From: Octopus sinensis
Taxonomy: Eukaryota
NCBI RefSeq assembly: GCF_006345805.1
Contig: NC_043000.1
Coordinates: 27,342,001-27,406,000, forward strand
Length of the DNA: 64,000 nt
Direction of reading: 5' to 3'
In this document: one piece after another, positions 24,941-38,469 of the stretch
Layout: every line of letters starts with the position of its first letter
Numbering within the stretch: the stretch's first letter is position 1
Notes under the pieces: model-generated
Seen by the model: only the letters and a program-made list of their open reading frames with translations
Told to the model about the DNA's origin: nothing
The model's database searches: none
Program-made: the position numbers and the translations under genes

Positions 24941-25924
24941 AAACATCAAGAGTCAGATGTTAATATTTGTTTTTTTATGAAAAGTTATATATAAAAATAA
25001 TTTATATATGTGTGTGTATTGGTGTGTGTATGTGTGTATGTGTGTGTGTGTGTGTGTGTGTGTTTGTGGATGTGTGTGTCTGTGTGCATGCGCACATTTA
25101 AAAATCTATCTTGTAAATAACATGAAGTGAAGGAGAATATACTGTTTACAGTTTCGCACTTTTTACGTTTCGACATCTTTAAATATCTAGCTTTAAAAAA
25201 TGCATAAAGAGCTTATGAAGAAGGAATCAAACAAACAAAAAAATGGAGATAAGGAAAGCGTATGAGAAAGGAAAAAACAGCTGTGTAAGGAAACTCTGTT
25301 TGTGTGTAGGTGTGTTTCATGATTAATGTGATGTCGGTGACACATTTTGTAGGTGCTTAAATTTTTTATTCATCAGTGAGAAAAAGGCGTAAAATATGAA
25401 TGGTAGCGTAGACGTTTGACAGCTATGTGAGGAGAGAGTCTGAGGCAAGATAGGAATAGAATATTTAGAGAAAGAGTAAATTAGTAAACAGAAAAGTTGA
25501 GTAAATATGGTTAGTGCAAACTCTAAGTTTCGGAGGAAGGGGCAGAGTTTCAGGAGAATAGAGCATTAAAACTCTGTTTTCGATGAAAAAACACCTCCCA
25601 GTCTAGAGAAGATGTTTGAAAATAAGATAACACTAATCCTAGAGTACCATAATTTCGATTTACAGTATACATTGAGATGCTCATTATGAACCACTTTAAA
25701 TATCCATTAGCATTAATTTTAATTGATCGCTTTACTTTATTTAAACCCACTTATTACCTATTATATATTCTTAGAGAAAGTTCCTAAATAAATCATAATT
25801 TTGTTAAGGTTATTTCTTTGTGAATTATAGCCAGCACTGAGCTTTTCCTACAACGTTTCGTATCGAAACGTTAAATGAAATCCGAGACAAAAATGGGTAA
25901 TAACAGTATATACGTGTTTGTTTC

Positions 25925-26151
25925 TATATATCTTATGTTTTTTACTGTCCACAGAGGGGAGAAACAATGACAGACAAACGGATTGTCGATTATATCGACC
26001 CCAGTGCGTAAGTGGTACTTATCTAATCGACCCCCAAAAGATGAAAGGCAAAGTCGACCTCGGCAGAATTTAAACTCGGAACGTAAGGACAAACGAAATA
26101 CTGTTAAGCATTTCGCCCGGCGTGTTATCGTTTCTGCCAGCTCGCCGCCTT
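25925..26151 (-). mobile_element. SINE-A
   Basis: Homologous to 5060-5296. Confidence 0.85.
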
Positions 26152-27139
26152 ATAGTGGAATATATATATCAAGGCATCTAGTCTTGTAGTCTTGCATATC
26201 CGTCAATCCGCAGTATTCGATTGTCACTTTTATATCGACTTGAGCATGATTTGAACTTTAAGAATAGAGATTCAAAACAAATACTCCGATGCTTTCAGTT
26301 TTCTACCTTGCCGACCATCTCTCCTGTCCATCGACAGCACATTCCTTTAACAGGCACCACCAAATTTATAATAATACCTCATCCTTGAAATTTCTCCCAC
26401 CTCACCTTTCAGTTCCCATTCTCACCTGACTTCCTATCAATATTCGCCATTCATCACCCGTGTGTTCTACTCTTTGCTATCAGCTTTTAAGCTCGTCCAC
26501 ATTAGCTCTGAATCCTTTACTCCAACCATTTCTCTATCATCCTTTCTACTTCCTGTTCCCTCTCCCTTCAGCCTGACACCACAGCAAACCCGCACCCTAA
26601 TTTCTGCTATTACTCCTTTCCTCACTTCTGTCTCTTCGACTCCCTTCTTTTCATCTTACCTCACACAATCACCGATATTTCTTTATTAACGACCAACCTT
26701 TCACTTCTCCATCTTTCTATCTCTCTGTCGTTTTCGTTTTTCTTTTCCCACCGCCATCTCTTCCTTCACAATCTGTCCACTCATAAAACTGCATTTAGCG
26801 CCTCTATTAATTAAAAATTTACATTACACGCACTCATCAGGCCGGTAGTAATTATTGGTTAACCATGAATTCTCCTCCTACCCTACAATTATTTAACTAT
26901 TTTAATTTAAATATTAAATTGCTTTTATATCTTTCTACAGCAGTTTGAATTAAATTTTAAATGTTTAATTTTTTCCAAATTTTGCAGAAAATTTGCCTTT
27001 AAACTTTTTTTAGCAATAAATTAAACAATACCCCCCTCTCTCTCTCTCTCTCAAAATTTCCAGGCCTGTACCTCCAGTAAAAAGGATTATTATTATTATT
27101 ATTATTATTATATTATTATTATTTATTATTATTATTATT

Positions 27140-27228
27140 ATTATTATTCCTTCGTAACACAGTGATGTGCGCTGTGCCCAATAAGGTTGCTTTTTGCAAG
27201 ACATCAATTTTGCATGGGATTTCCATGG

Positions 27229-27232
<4 letters not shown>
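27140..27232 (-). mobile_element. R4/Dong LINE C-terminal fragment between (ATT)n tracts
   Basis: Minus translation KIDVLQKATLLGTAHITVLRR. Confidence 0.6.
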
Positions 27233-27269
<37 letters not shown>

Positions 27270-27274
27270 TATTA

Positions 27275-29376
27275 TTTTATTGTCTTTGCATAGCTTCTAA
27301 CGCTAGAGATGTACTGCGGTGTCAGCTGTTCACTGTGAACTAAGGTAACACCCTTATTTTTCGGGCGCCATCCGGAGTATTCAAGCGGTTCGAAGCAGTG
27401 CGGTTTTCTACAAGTACTCCACCCTTATTGCAGCCCCTATTTGTTCCATGTACTTCTCAAGATTTTTGCTCATTGTTCATAGGGCTCCGACAATTATTGG
27501 TACTACTATCACCTTTTCATCGACCACAACTGCTTAATCTCCCAAGCTAACCTCTCATATCTATCGATTTTCTTTCTTCCTTATCGCATACATTGTTGTC
27601 AGCTGGGCATGCTATATCTATGATCCAGTATTGTTTGCTTTCGTTCACTATTAACACTACGTCTGGTTTCCTATTCTCTATCTCATGGTCGTACTGAATC
27701 ATAAAATCCCATAGGATTTTTGCGTTATCATTTTCGATTATGCCTTCGGGTTTATGTTCGTACTACGTTTTTGTTCTGTCAAGTCTATACTTGTTGTAAA
27801 GTATCCAATGGACAATCGTTGCTATATTGGCATGACGTCTCTTATATTATTTCTGGTCTAGTGGCGTACATTGACTAATAATATGCCATACGCTTCACCG
27901 TTTTATCCACAAATTCTGCACTTATCACTTTCAAATATGTTGTCTATTCTGTGGTTTGTTCTTAATGCTCGCTCTTGGGCAACACAGATTAGAGCATCTG
28001 TTTACGGTTTTAAATCACTTTTAGTCATCCATAGCCATCTTTTCTTCTCAGTCTGTCTTGCCTTGAACATCCCTATGAGATTGTCCATGTATTCTTTTCT
28101 TTATCCAACTATTTTCAGTTTCATTCATTCTCAAATTCTTGTACAGTGCTTTATCTTTGCAAGCTTCCATCCTTCACAAGCCTGACCCTCTTATTTTCAG
28201 TAATAGCTGTTCTGTGGCATATTTTACATACCATGCTATGTTGTTTTCTTCTGCTCTAACGCAGTGTTCGCATCCAATCGGTCCTCTTCCCGCCTTTTTC
28301 TTGGTACATACAGTCTCTCTGTATGTATCCCATATCTAGTCAGCAACTTCCTTGTATTTCTGTCTAAGCAGTTTAGTTCGTCTACTGTCCATGTGATTAC
28401 CTCTGCTCCATACCCAAGGAATGAAGCCGCCCAGGTGTTGATAGCTTCAATCTTATTCCATTCATTTAATTTTAACTTAAAGATCAGTATCAGTATGCGC
28501 ATGTACCCCACATTAACTTTCTCTGTAATTTCTTTCTCCATCAATTTATTCATTTCCAATATTCCCAAGTACTTATAGCCTATCTCTTCTATCTGCTTCA
28601 TAACCTCGCCCCGATGGTATCGCTAGCCCGTCCATACATTTGATGTTGCTTCTGTTGAAGCCCAACTCACCACGCATTTTCAGTTCGAACTACTAATGTT
28701 TGATAGTATACACTGTGTCAACGAGGGAACTGACTTGTAATTCATCTTTACCATAAAATTTGAGGTTTTCTATGTATAACAAGTGGTTGAATTTTAACCG
28801 GGGGCTTTTCAATATATACCAAGTCTTTGGTTTCCTCAGAATCATTGTTAGTGGTATCATGCACAGTACAAAGGTCAGTGGGGACAGGCAGACCCCTTGG
28901 AAGATGCCCCTCCTGATTTCTATTTCCCTAAACTTCTTCCATATGCTGTCAGTTCCGTCCACCACTTCGCCATACTTTTTCCAAGCATTAGCTCAACATT
29001 CGATGCAATACCAAATAGGTTCATACATTCCATAATCCAAGAATCTGGGATCACATCCTATGCCTTACGATAAGCGATCTATGACATGGCTGAATTAGTC
29101 TTCCTCCTCTTGCAGTCTCTAAGTACAGTTTTGTCTATCGGGAGTTGATGCTTGCTCATGTGGCTGGACTCAATTTCTCTTTCCAAATGTTCGTACATTG
29201 ACTCTGCGACTATTCCAGGCAATAATTTCAACATAAGTCGTAAGCAGGATGTCGGCCTCTAATTGTCTATCGTATTGCCTTTAGCGATGTTTTGCAAGCA
29301 CAGCTCTGTCCTACGCATTGTCATCCACTCTGGTGTCACTCAGTCGGCATTTAACAAGGTGTTGAGCTGTGCAGCT
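27275..29376 (-). mobile_element. R4/Dong-clade RLE LINE, 5'-truncated and degenerate
   Basis: RGIFQGVCLSPLTFVLCMIPL, YKYLGILE, KIEAINTWA, RKLLT motifs (ORFs 28236-28601 and 28693-28965); (ATT)n at the 3' end. Confidence 0.85.
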
Positions 29377-29530
29377 AATAATAACATCGAAAATTACCTT
29401 AGGAATGAGAAACCAGGTTCAAAATTTCTCCAAGACACCTGATGAAGGCTGGAGGGTATATCAGCCGAAACTTTATGCTAACCATAAACAAGCTGCTAAC
29501 TACAAATATCCGTCAAATGTAAATAATGTA
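29377..29530 (+). mobile_element. Family P3 short hammerhead-bearing element
   Basis: Starts AATAATAACATCGAAAA; GACAC-CTGATGA-A-GGCTG-loop-CAGCC-GAAAC at 29434-29471; homologs at 54991 and 58414. Confidence 0.75.
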
Positions 29531-29569
29531 AGTAACTGAGTTAGTTTTAAAATTTGAGATTACATAAGC

Positions 29570-29874
<305 letters not shown>

Positions 29875-29875
<1 letters not shown>

Positions 29876-30260
29876 TTTTATTGCCTTTACACAGCTTCTA
29901 ACGCTTGAGATGAATTACAGTGTCAGCTGTTCACTACCAGTGACCGAAGGTAATACCTCTTATTTTTCGAGGCCCTTCCGGAGTATTCGAGCGGTTCCAA
30001 GCAGTGCTGTTTTCTGCTAGTGTCCCACCCTTATTGCAGCCCCTATTTGTTCCACGTACTTCTCGAGATTTTTGCTCACTGTCCCCAGGGCTCCGACAAT
30101 TAATGGTACTACTACTACCTTTTTCATTGACCATAACTGCTTAACTTCCCAAGCTAACACGTCATATCTTTTGCCTTTTCTTTCCTCTTTATCGCATATC
30201 TTGTTGTCAGTTGGGCATGCCATATTTATAATACAGCATAGTTTGCTTTATTTCTCAATT
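29875..30260 (-). mobile_element. Dong LINE 3' fragment (same subfamily as 27275)
   Basis: RYDVLAWEVKQLWSMKKVVVVPLIVGALGTVSK; 3' UTR matches 27275-27340. Confidence 0.85.
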
Positions 30261-30285
30261 AAGTCTCCGTATTATTATTATTATT

Positions 30286-32200
30286 CTATGTTTGACTTTT
30301 GCTTTATGTCTGTACAAGTTGGCTCCAAGTCTCACCCAGAGACCTCAAGAGACAACAGGTTTGAAGTTCTGTACCACATATTTGTTTTTTTTTCCTTTCT
30401 TGGTGTACTAGTGAACAATTAAAAAAAAAAAAAGGTCTGTTTTAAACCTTGGGATTACATAGAGAGTATTTTGCGTAGGATATGAGCAGTTCCCATGAGC
30501 ACTATCTTTTGAATTTCTGCCATTTTGGGGTTTCCTGGTATCTGAGTTAGGTAGCAATTAGTCCCTTTCGCTATCACTCCCAGGGCACCTATGACAACAG
30601 GTATTGTTTTAGTCTTCAGGTTCCAGATTTTGCTGATTTCTATTTCAAGATCTTTATATTTGCTCAGTTTTTGGTAGGTCTTGACAGATACGTTTATATC
30701 GATTGGGACAGTCATCTCAATGAGGAGGCATGTTCTTTGTCTGAAGTCTTTCAATATGATGTCTGGCCTATTTGCATCTATCTTCCTGTCAGTTTGAATG
30801 GTGAAGTTCCAGAGGAGTGAGATGTGGTCCTTTTCAAGCGCTGGAGGTGGATTGTGTTCCCACCAGTTTTTTTCATGGGGCAAATCCAGGTTTTTGCAAA
30901 TTACCCAGTGAATATATTGTGCAGCTCTATTATGCCTATTGAGGTACTCTGTAGGCGCTAGAAGACTGCATTTGGAGACAACATGGTCAATGGTTTCATT
31001 TTGTTGTCGGCATACACGACATGTTGGGCTACTGCCGTTCTTTAATATGTTGGCCTGGTAGTTTCTTGTTGGTAGGCATTGATCTTGAGCTGCTATGATA
31101 AACCCCTCTGTTTCAGATTTTAAGCCAGAGGCCATTAGCCATTGATGGGCCAGGGCTTTGTCAATATCTGCATTATTCGCTCTCTTTGGGTATTTGCCAT
31201 AGAGAGGTTTTTCTTGCCATTTATTATTTAGAATATCTAAGGCCGCAGTTTTGGCACGGGTTTTCATGCGCCTAGCTTTTTCTGTGCTTGTTTCTTGTAT
31301 GTCTATCTCTAATTCCGAGATTGGTTGTATTCGGAATTCACTTAGATATTCCTTTGCCTGTTTTGTGACTGAGTATGATGCTTTCTTGTTTTCATGTTTT
31401 GAGACAAGTTTTAACATCCAGTCCTCAGAGTTTTTCAGGTAGGTGTCTAGGCCAATTGTAGCAATCTTCATTGTTATTGCCAGTTGCAAAAGACCACGGC
31501 CTCCCTCTTTTCTTGGCAGATAGAGTCGTTCTGTATCTGCTTAGGGTGGTGCATTCTATGCATTGTCAACAGTTTCCTTATTTTTCTGTCGAGCTGACAT
31601 ATTTCAGTAATTGACCAGTTAACAATATTGAAACTGTAAGTCACGACTGCTATGGCTAATGCATTGATCGCTTCGATCCTGTTTCTTGCATTCAGCTCTG
31701 TCTTGAGTATTGCTCTCACTCTTCGATAGCATTCTCTCCTGATCCTTTCCTTCATCTCTGAATGCCTTATTCCGTTCCCTTCAATTACCCCTAGGTACTT
31801 GTAGCTCTCCGCTGGGTCTAGTTCTTTTATGACATTCTGCTGGTCAAGGTTAACGTTAGATGTTTCTGTTATTTTTCCTTTGATAAAGGTAGTTTTTGCA
31901 CATTTATCGAGGCCGAATTGCATTCTGATGCCGTCACTGAATTGTTTGATTATCGCTAGTAAGCCCTTGAGTTGTTGGTCATTTTTTGCAAAAAGCTTTA
32001 AATCATCAAAGTAAATGAGATGATTTATATTTTTATCAAACATTTTATACCCGTACTGCGCGTCATTGAGCAGCTTTGAGAGAGGTATTAAGGATAAACA
32101 AAAGAGGAGTGGTGACAGTGAGTCACCCTGGAAAATGCCACACGAAATTTTTACATCACCAGCATATAGGGATTCATTGTCACTGTTCAGAGTTAGTGTG
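30286..32200 (-). mobile_element. R4/Dong-clade RLE LINE, young, 5'-truncated
   Basis: RT (GIFQGDSLSP, YFDD, YKYLG), CCHC knuckle CRVCRQQNETIDHVVSKC, RLE RPDIIL..LIEMTVP..KLSKY; frameshift near 31541; (ATT)n on both sides. Confidence 0.95.
30455..31489 (-). CDS. Dong ORF C-terminal part (zinc knuckle + restriction-like endonuclease), pseudogenised
   Basis: 344-aa ORF in the track; continues upstream RT ORF 31474-32043 after a frameshift. Confidence 0.85.
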   Translation of the reverse strand: MQLAITMKIATIGLDTYLKNSEDWMLKLVSKHENKKASYSVTKQAKEYLSEFRIQPISELEIDIQETSTEKARRMKTRAKTAALDILNNKWQEKPLYGKYPKRANNADIDKALAHQWLMASGLKSETEGFIIAAQDQCLPTRNYQANILKNGSSPTCRVCRQQNETIDHVVSKCSLLAPTEYLNRHNRAAQYIHWVICKNLDLPHEKNWWEHNPPPALEKDHISLLWNFTIQTDRKIDANRPDIILKDFRQRTCLLIEMTVPIDINVSVKTYQKLSKYKDLEIEISKIWNLKTKTIPVVIGALGVIAKGTNCYLTQIPGNPKMAEIQKIVLMGTAHILRKILSM

Positions 32201-32271
32201 ATTATTATTATTATATTATTATTATATTATTATTATATATAATAATGATGATGATGATGATGATGATGATG

Positions 32272-32331
<60 letters not shown>
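32201..32331. repeat. (ATT)n-(GAT)n-(AAT)n strand-switching array
   Basis: Read directly. Confidence 0.95.
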
Positions 32332-32334
<3 letters not shown>

Positions 32335-32889
32335 GTCCTGATGCAGTCCAAGGCAGTGGCTCTCGTGGCTTCTGACCTTAACTGATTGGAAGTATTATCA
32401 TGTACTTTATTTTGCCTTGGTATAAAAGATGGGCTTCAGTAAATATTCTGCTCAATACCACAGATTTGCTTATTAGTTTTCTGACCATAACCAGTTGAGC
32501 ATGTCCCTTAGTGGCTGACGATATGTGCATCTCTGATCATGAGCAGAAGTAGTGGTGAGGCATCATACCCATGTGTTGAGACGGATTCCTTGGGGTTTGA
32601 ATAATTCATCTCTGGAAACATGGGTGTTTCGTTCAGCATCCTTAAACAATCCTTATTCAGGGACCTTTTGAGCAGGATGGGTTACTCGACAAGAAGAAAA
32701 TTCTAACTGGTCCCCACCTGCAAGGTCATATGCTGTTTACCTTGATATGAGATCACTAAGTCGCGCACATATGGTTGTGATGTATGTACCTAGTGTACCC
32801 TTATCAGACGGGTAGTCATGATGGGTATACTGCTCTTCGTACATTTGTACTCCAGTGTCACTTCGAAGGCATGCACTGCTCTCTCATTC
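32332..32889 (+). mobile_element. Non-coding ~560-bp interspersed element bounded by (AAT)n
   Basis: Complex sequence with higher GC, sharply bounded by (AAT)n on both sides; no ORF; resembles a recalled cephalopod repeat (unverified). Confidence 0.5.
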
Positions 32890-32968
<79 letters not shown>

Positions 32969-33559
32969 GTCATACTTTGCTTTTCATCTGCATGTTTGTT
33001 ACAGTTACTTGCCGAGACACACCCAGTGCCCTGGGGGTGATTATAATAATAATAATGATAATGCATTCTTGTCGTTCATAGAAGTTGAACCTAGATTCCA
33101 ACACATGACAGTTATTAAAATAATTATGTGTCATCAACTAATAGCAGAACAAGAATCTGGTCGCATATTTTAGTTGAAACCAATCCACAAACAATGACGT
33201 ACTCTTGAGGATTATTATTACCATCAATATAGATTTAAGAGGAGTTTATCCGATCGATAGTATATCTGACATTTAGCCATGGCATAAACAAAAGAAAACA
33301 AAGCATATTTTGATAGGCATGACTTACAGCAACGAACAAGATTGAATGTCATCAGATATATTAAAACATATCAATCTTTCATATGAATACCAGTGAAATT
33401 GTTTGAATATCAGATTTTTCACGACGTGGTCTCTGAACTTTCTAAAATGTATTAAGTATTAAGTATTAAGGGACAACGAAAGATATCGACGCTGTATTTT
33501 CTGACGCTGTATTTGTTTGACTTTTTCAGAAGGAAACAATGATACATACGCGCGTGCAT

Positions 33560-33637
33560 GCATAAACACATATATACATATACACGTATACATGTATATA
33601 TATATATGTATATATATACATGCATATATGTATATTT

Positions 33638-33694
<57 letters not shown>

Positions 33695-33751
33695 ATATGT
33701 ATATATATACATGTAGATATGTATATACATATACAGGTGTGTATGTATATA

Positions 33752-33803
<52 letters not shown>

Positions 33804-33966
33804 TGTGTGTGTCTGTGTATATGCATATAAATATATATACATATACACACAAACTCACACACACACACACACATATATATATATACATACATGTATATAC
33901 ATGTGTGTGCATATATCACTGTTGTATAGAAAAGGTTTCTCTTTGTAAACTAGTGAGGTGGAGGAT

Positions 33967-34048
<82 letters not shown>

Positions 34049-34300
34049 TAATAATAATAATAATTTCTCACTGAGATTATAAGTGGTATCAAGATGTTGA
34101 CTTTACTGTTCACGATTATTATGCCTATACTCAGGGGATAAATGAGAAGCTGGTGACCATGTGATTGGTGTTATCGCTGTTGTTGATGGTGCTGATGTAG
34201 ATGATGGTGTAGTAGAGGCAAAGAGGTGAAGTTAGGGTTGTTGTTTTTTGGTGATGGTGGTGATGATGTTGGTGGTAGCAGTGATGTTGATGGTGGAAGT
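33560..34300. repeat. (TA)n/(TG)n, (AAT)n and (GGT/GAT)n microsatellites
   Basis: Read directly. Confidence 0.9.
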
Positions 34301-34743
34301 TTGTAATGTTAGACAAACACGTAGATTAATTTGCTGAATAGCTATTTGTAATTGTTTATTTATTTATTCATTTATTTATTTATTTTTTGAATGTCAAATG
34401 ATTCGTAATAACAATAAACGAAAGGTTGAAAGGTGACATTTCAACATTAATAAGTGGAATGAAGATTTTTTTTCAGAAAAAATATGAAAAATGAGAATAA
34501 TCTGGATGCATGCAGTAAAGAGGACAAGCGAAGGAAAAATAAATGAAAACACTTAAAATATTAAAACCAAGTAAAGGCCATTAATGTGATGTTGTTTTTC
34601 TGCTACATGTCAAATGTTATGACACCAATAAAAGTTATTACTTGTTATCATATTGAATGATTTTCCTTGAGCTTACGTTTGTTGTGCGGTTTCTGTTGTT
34701 TTAACATTGTTCAAGGGTTTTGTTTCTCACCAGCATTTTATTG

Positions 34744-34776
<33 letters not shown>

Positions 34777-34952
34777 ATGTTTTAATTTTAAGGCCAGAAA
34801 TAAAAGGGCAAATATCTACAAAAGAATTGATGTTAGGGATGATATAAGGAGAATGAAGTCGCATCGACAACAATCATAATTTTTTGTTACAAATGATATA
34901 TATGGTGATGGTAATCAAAATAACGGATGGATATAGTAACCTTAGATGCAAC

Positions 34953-34992
<40 letters not shown>

Positions 34993-34996
<4 letters not shown>

Positions 34997-35185
34997 TAAT
35001 CCAAACAAGAAAGCACAAAAAACACAACAATGCGAGGACGTGGAACAAATATAGTATTATTGGACGCTCAGGAAAGAAGGAGAGTTTAACGTTTCGAGCA
35101 GAGCTCTTCGGCGGAAACAGATGAGAAGGAAAGATCCAGAGAAGGGAAGGCAGAGGAAAAAAATCGCCAACGGTACACACGAGGT

Positions 35186-35188
<3 letters not shown>
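34993..35188 (-). mobile_element. Family P1 short element with hammerhead-like motif
   Basis: Minus strand GTTT-CCGCCGAA-GAGC-TCT-GCTC-GAAAC-GTT-AAAC at 35084-35119. Confidence 0.7.
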
Positions 35189-35230
<42 letters not shown>

Positions 35231-35829
35231 GTGTATATATATATTTATATGTATATTTATATGTATGGGGCTAAAAAGTCACATTCGATCACAGCACCAG
35301 TAACAGTTAAGCTTCGTGCAATGGCCATACTCGATAACGAGGGGGCAGCCATAATAATATATGTATATGGATATGTGTATGTATGTGTGTATATGTATGT
35401 TAAAAGAAGAAACATGTACAGTTTACATAGTTTTGATATATCTTGAATGAAAGAAGATTGTGGTTGCCGACCAGTTTCGTTTTCGCTAAAGATGACATTG
35501 AAAATATAGTAATTTTGCATTTTCTTAAAATTTTAGTCCAAGTTCCTGTATGAGAGTTTGTGAATGAATCAACAAGTAGAAAAATGTAAGGGGAGGTAAC
35601 TGGTGATAGTTATCATTCGGGGCAGGGCAAATAATTACTCAATTTTTGTTTCGGATATATAAACATTCAAAACTCATAAGTTAAAATAGTGAGATGGATA
35701 TGTGGTCAGGAAATAAAATATATACTGAGACCAAAGTTGGTTATACGTTCATATTTAGGCGTGTTCTGTATTTTACGTAAATAAGTATTCTTTATTTTAA
35801 CGTTCTTGTACAGAAATTGCTTCTTTGCA

Positions 35830-38235
35830 TTGGTAGATGGGGAAAACTGTGAAATTTGGTTGGAGATTCCCTGCACATCTCTCTATGTGTTCATTCGAAT
35901 GTATCTCTTTTTACCTTGGGAACCACAACAGTTTCATATGCAGTGTGATTCTCTATCTAAGTGACATATTTGTCTGTCCTATATAGAATCCTATATAGTT
36001 TTGTCTACAACCTGAACAAGTTATAATATAAATTAAATTCTCGGATGTAGAAGTCAAGTTGGTCTTAATTGTGAACCACTCTTCCTGTTTGAATTGGAAT
36101 TGCGAACCTTCCAATAGGTTGGGGCATGTTCCACAGGTTGAGCACCCACATTTTTTAACAATTGGTTTCGTGGTTGCTGTGTAAAGTTTCGAATTTGTCG
36201 GAGTTTGTTCAGCGATTTTTTCTGCTTTTTACATTTTATGACTTTATGTGTTTTCAAAATGTTGTTCATTTTTGGATACCTTGAGAAAATTGGTAGATTT
36301 TGTACAATGGTGCTGTATGCCTCATTGTTTTAGGGTTGTGAATTGATATAGACAGTAATATTTTGAGATGAGATGTGGTGTTTCGTTTCGTTTCCCTTAG
36401 TGTTTTAATGCGTATTTTCTTGGCACGTTTAATCCCATCATCTATAAGTGATGATGGATAGTGTCTCTCAGTGTTTTCCTGGGGTGTTCAAGACGAGGTC
36501 CTGAGTATTCCCATCAGACACTATTGTGAAAATCTTTTTAGCTAAATTAAAGGGAATATTTCTTTTTATGTGTTCGGGTGACATGAGCTAAGCAGAAGAT
36601 ATTGCTTCGAGTCCGTTGATTTATTATAAATGTCAGTTACAATTTGGCTGTTGAGGTTTTTTTTTTAATCAGAATATCTAAGAAAGGGAGCTGTTCTTTG
36701 CTATATTTCATTGTAAACTAAATATTAGGGTTCATACTATTTAGTATTGACTAAAATTCCAAAACTTTATCAATGGCCTCATCCCAAATGATAAAACAGT
36801 CATCCAGATATCTTTTCCTGTTCTCTCTGATATCATGGTCAAATGACTATTCATATTTTTGCAGTGACACTTCATATATGGCGAATTCAAAATATCCAAT
36901 TATTAGTTTCCCATCTTCGCAATTCCGTATTTTTAACGATCGTAGGTGTCATCAATTAGGGAATAATTATTCTGAAGTATAGATTTTAAAGTTTCGATAA
37001 TAAATTCCTAGTATATGCATTCCAGAAATTCTTCGGGTTACTTTTCCAGTCAGAATGTTATGGTTTGTATTCAATATTCATGTGAGATATTCGTGTAAAT
37101 ATTAATATCATCGAAGGAATCAAACAACGTGTCTTCATTAGTTGCTTTTCGTAGGTGGTTAAGCATATCTAGATCGTATGTAATGAAATGCTTGATGTAT
37201 TTCAGCCAAGTTTTCAGTAGGATGTCTAGAAAGCTGCTTAGACAGTAGGTTTCACAGGCTAGGCCAGCTATAATAGGTCTTTAAATTGTCTGGCTCTAGG
37301 AAATTTCTGTATTTGCTTGGTGATTGTTTGCAGGCCTCATTAATTATCTTGCTCTTCTGTATTTTAGGGAGGTCGTAAAAATGACAAACTTTACATTTAA
37401 ATTTCGTGATATAATCTATTTATCTTTCTGTCAAGCCTTTTCCATGTACATGAATAATATCAGATTTTTGCAGTATTCTGCGTCCATCAGGACTACAGCA
37501 CTTCCTTTCTCTGCTTCTTTGAGTGTCAGTTCTTGGTCGTTTTGAAGACCAATTAGATTTTTCCATGGATAATATCAGATTTTTGCAGTATTCTGCGTCC
37601 ATCAGGACTACAGCACTTCCTTTGTCTGCTTCTTTGAGTGTCAGTTCTTGGTCGTTTTGCAGACCAATTAGATTTTTCCATTCTAGATTTTTGAGGGTTG
37701 AACTAATTTTTCACTTATGGAAAGTATTTTGGAAATTTTGGATATGGTCGCAGAAGTCATCTAGAATTTTATTCCAACACTTAGGTAGAAGATAATTGCT
37801 TTTGATTTAAAGCAGGGATTCATCTGCGTTGTTATAGTCAGTTTGTGCTTCTGTGAGTTTTAGTTTTCTGCAGAATTCCAAAATATTGTCATTAATTATT
37901 TCCTTCTGGTTAGATCTTCGAGGGGTCGGGGTAATTTTTTTTCCTTTAGTTAGTATAGGGATTTTTGTTGCTGAGAGAATATTCTGTGATAAAGTTATTA
38001 CCTTGGGCTTCTCTTGTATGTTTTGTTCCAACTTCAGTCCCTGTTTCTCTCCACTTGGTCTAAAAAATGTTTACAGTAATTTGGTTGGTAGAAATTGGCA
38101 GTGTTATTGATTATATTAAGATCGCTAGGAGGTTGGTTTCGCTGTCTGGGTAAATTGGTTGGAATTACGTGGTTTGAGTTTCTTCTTATAAGCTATCAGG
38201 GTTATTAATTAGATTTGAAGTGCTGGGGTTGGTTT
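35830..38235 (-). mobile_element. Penelope-like element body (RT + GIY-YIG), decayed
   Basis: KG..ITPTP N-terminus, EADKGSAVVLMD (~37615), RYLDDCFIIW (36799-36813), FTMKYSKEQLPFLDI, YIITCSGCRQNYIG (35991-36030); stops and frameshifts; 115-bp tandem duplication. Confidence 0.85.
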
Positions 38236-38280
38236 ATACATACACACACAGACAGACTCTCGCTCATACACACTCAAACG

Positions 38281-38315
<35 letters not shown>

Positions 38316-38469
38316 TTATAGATATATAGATAAGTAGAGAGATAGATAATTAGATATATAGATAGATGGACGATAGATATATGCACACATGCATACACAC
38401 ATACATATGTGTGTATGCGGTGCATACGTATGTGTGTGTGTGTCTCTGTGTATACATGCATATTTACAA

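Noticed and set aside
25852-25872. Hairpin AACGTTTCG-TAT-CGAAACGTT
   Set aside because: Contains GAAACGTT but no HHR core; short palindromes are expected by chance.
26330-26800. Pyrimidine-rich segment as LINE or exon
   Set aside because: No diagnostic motif could be read in any frame.
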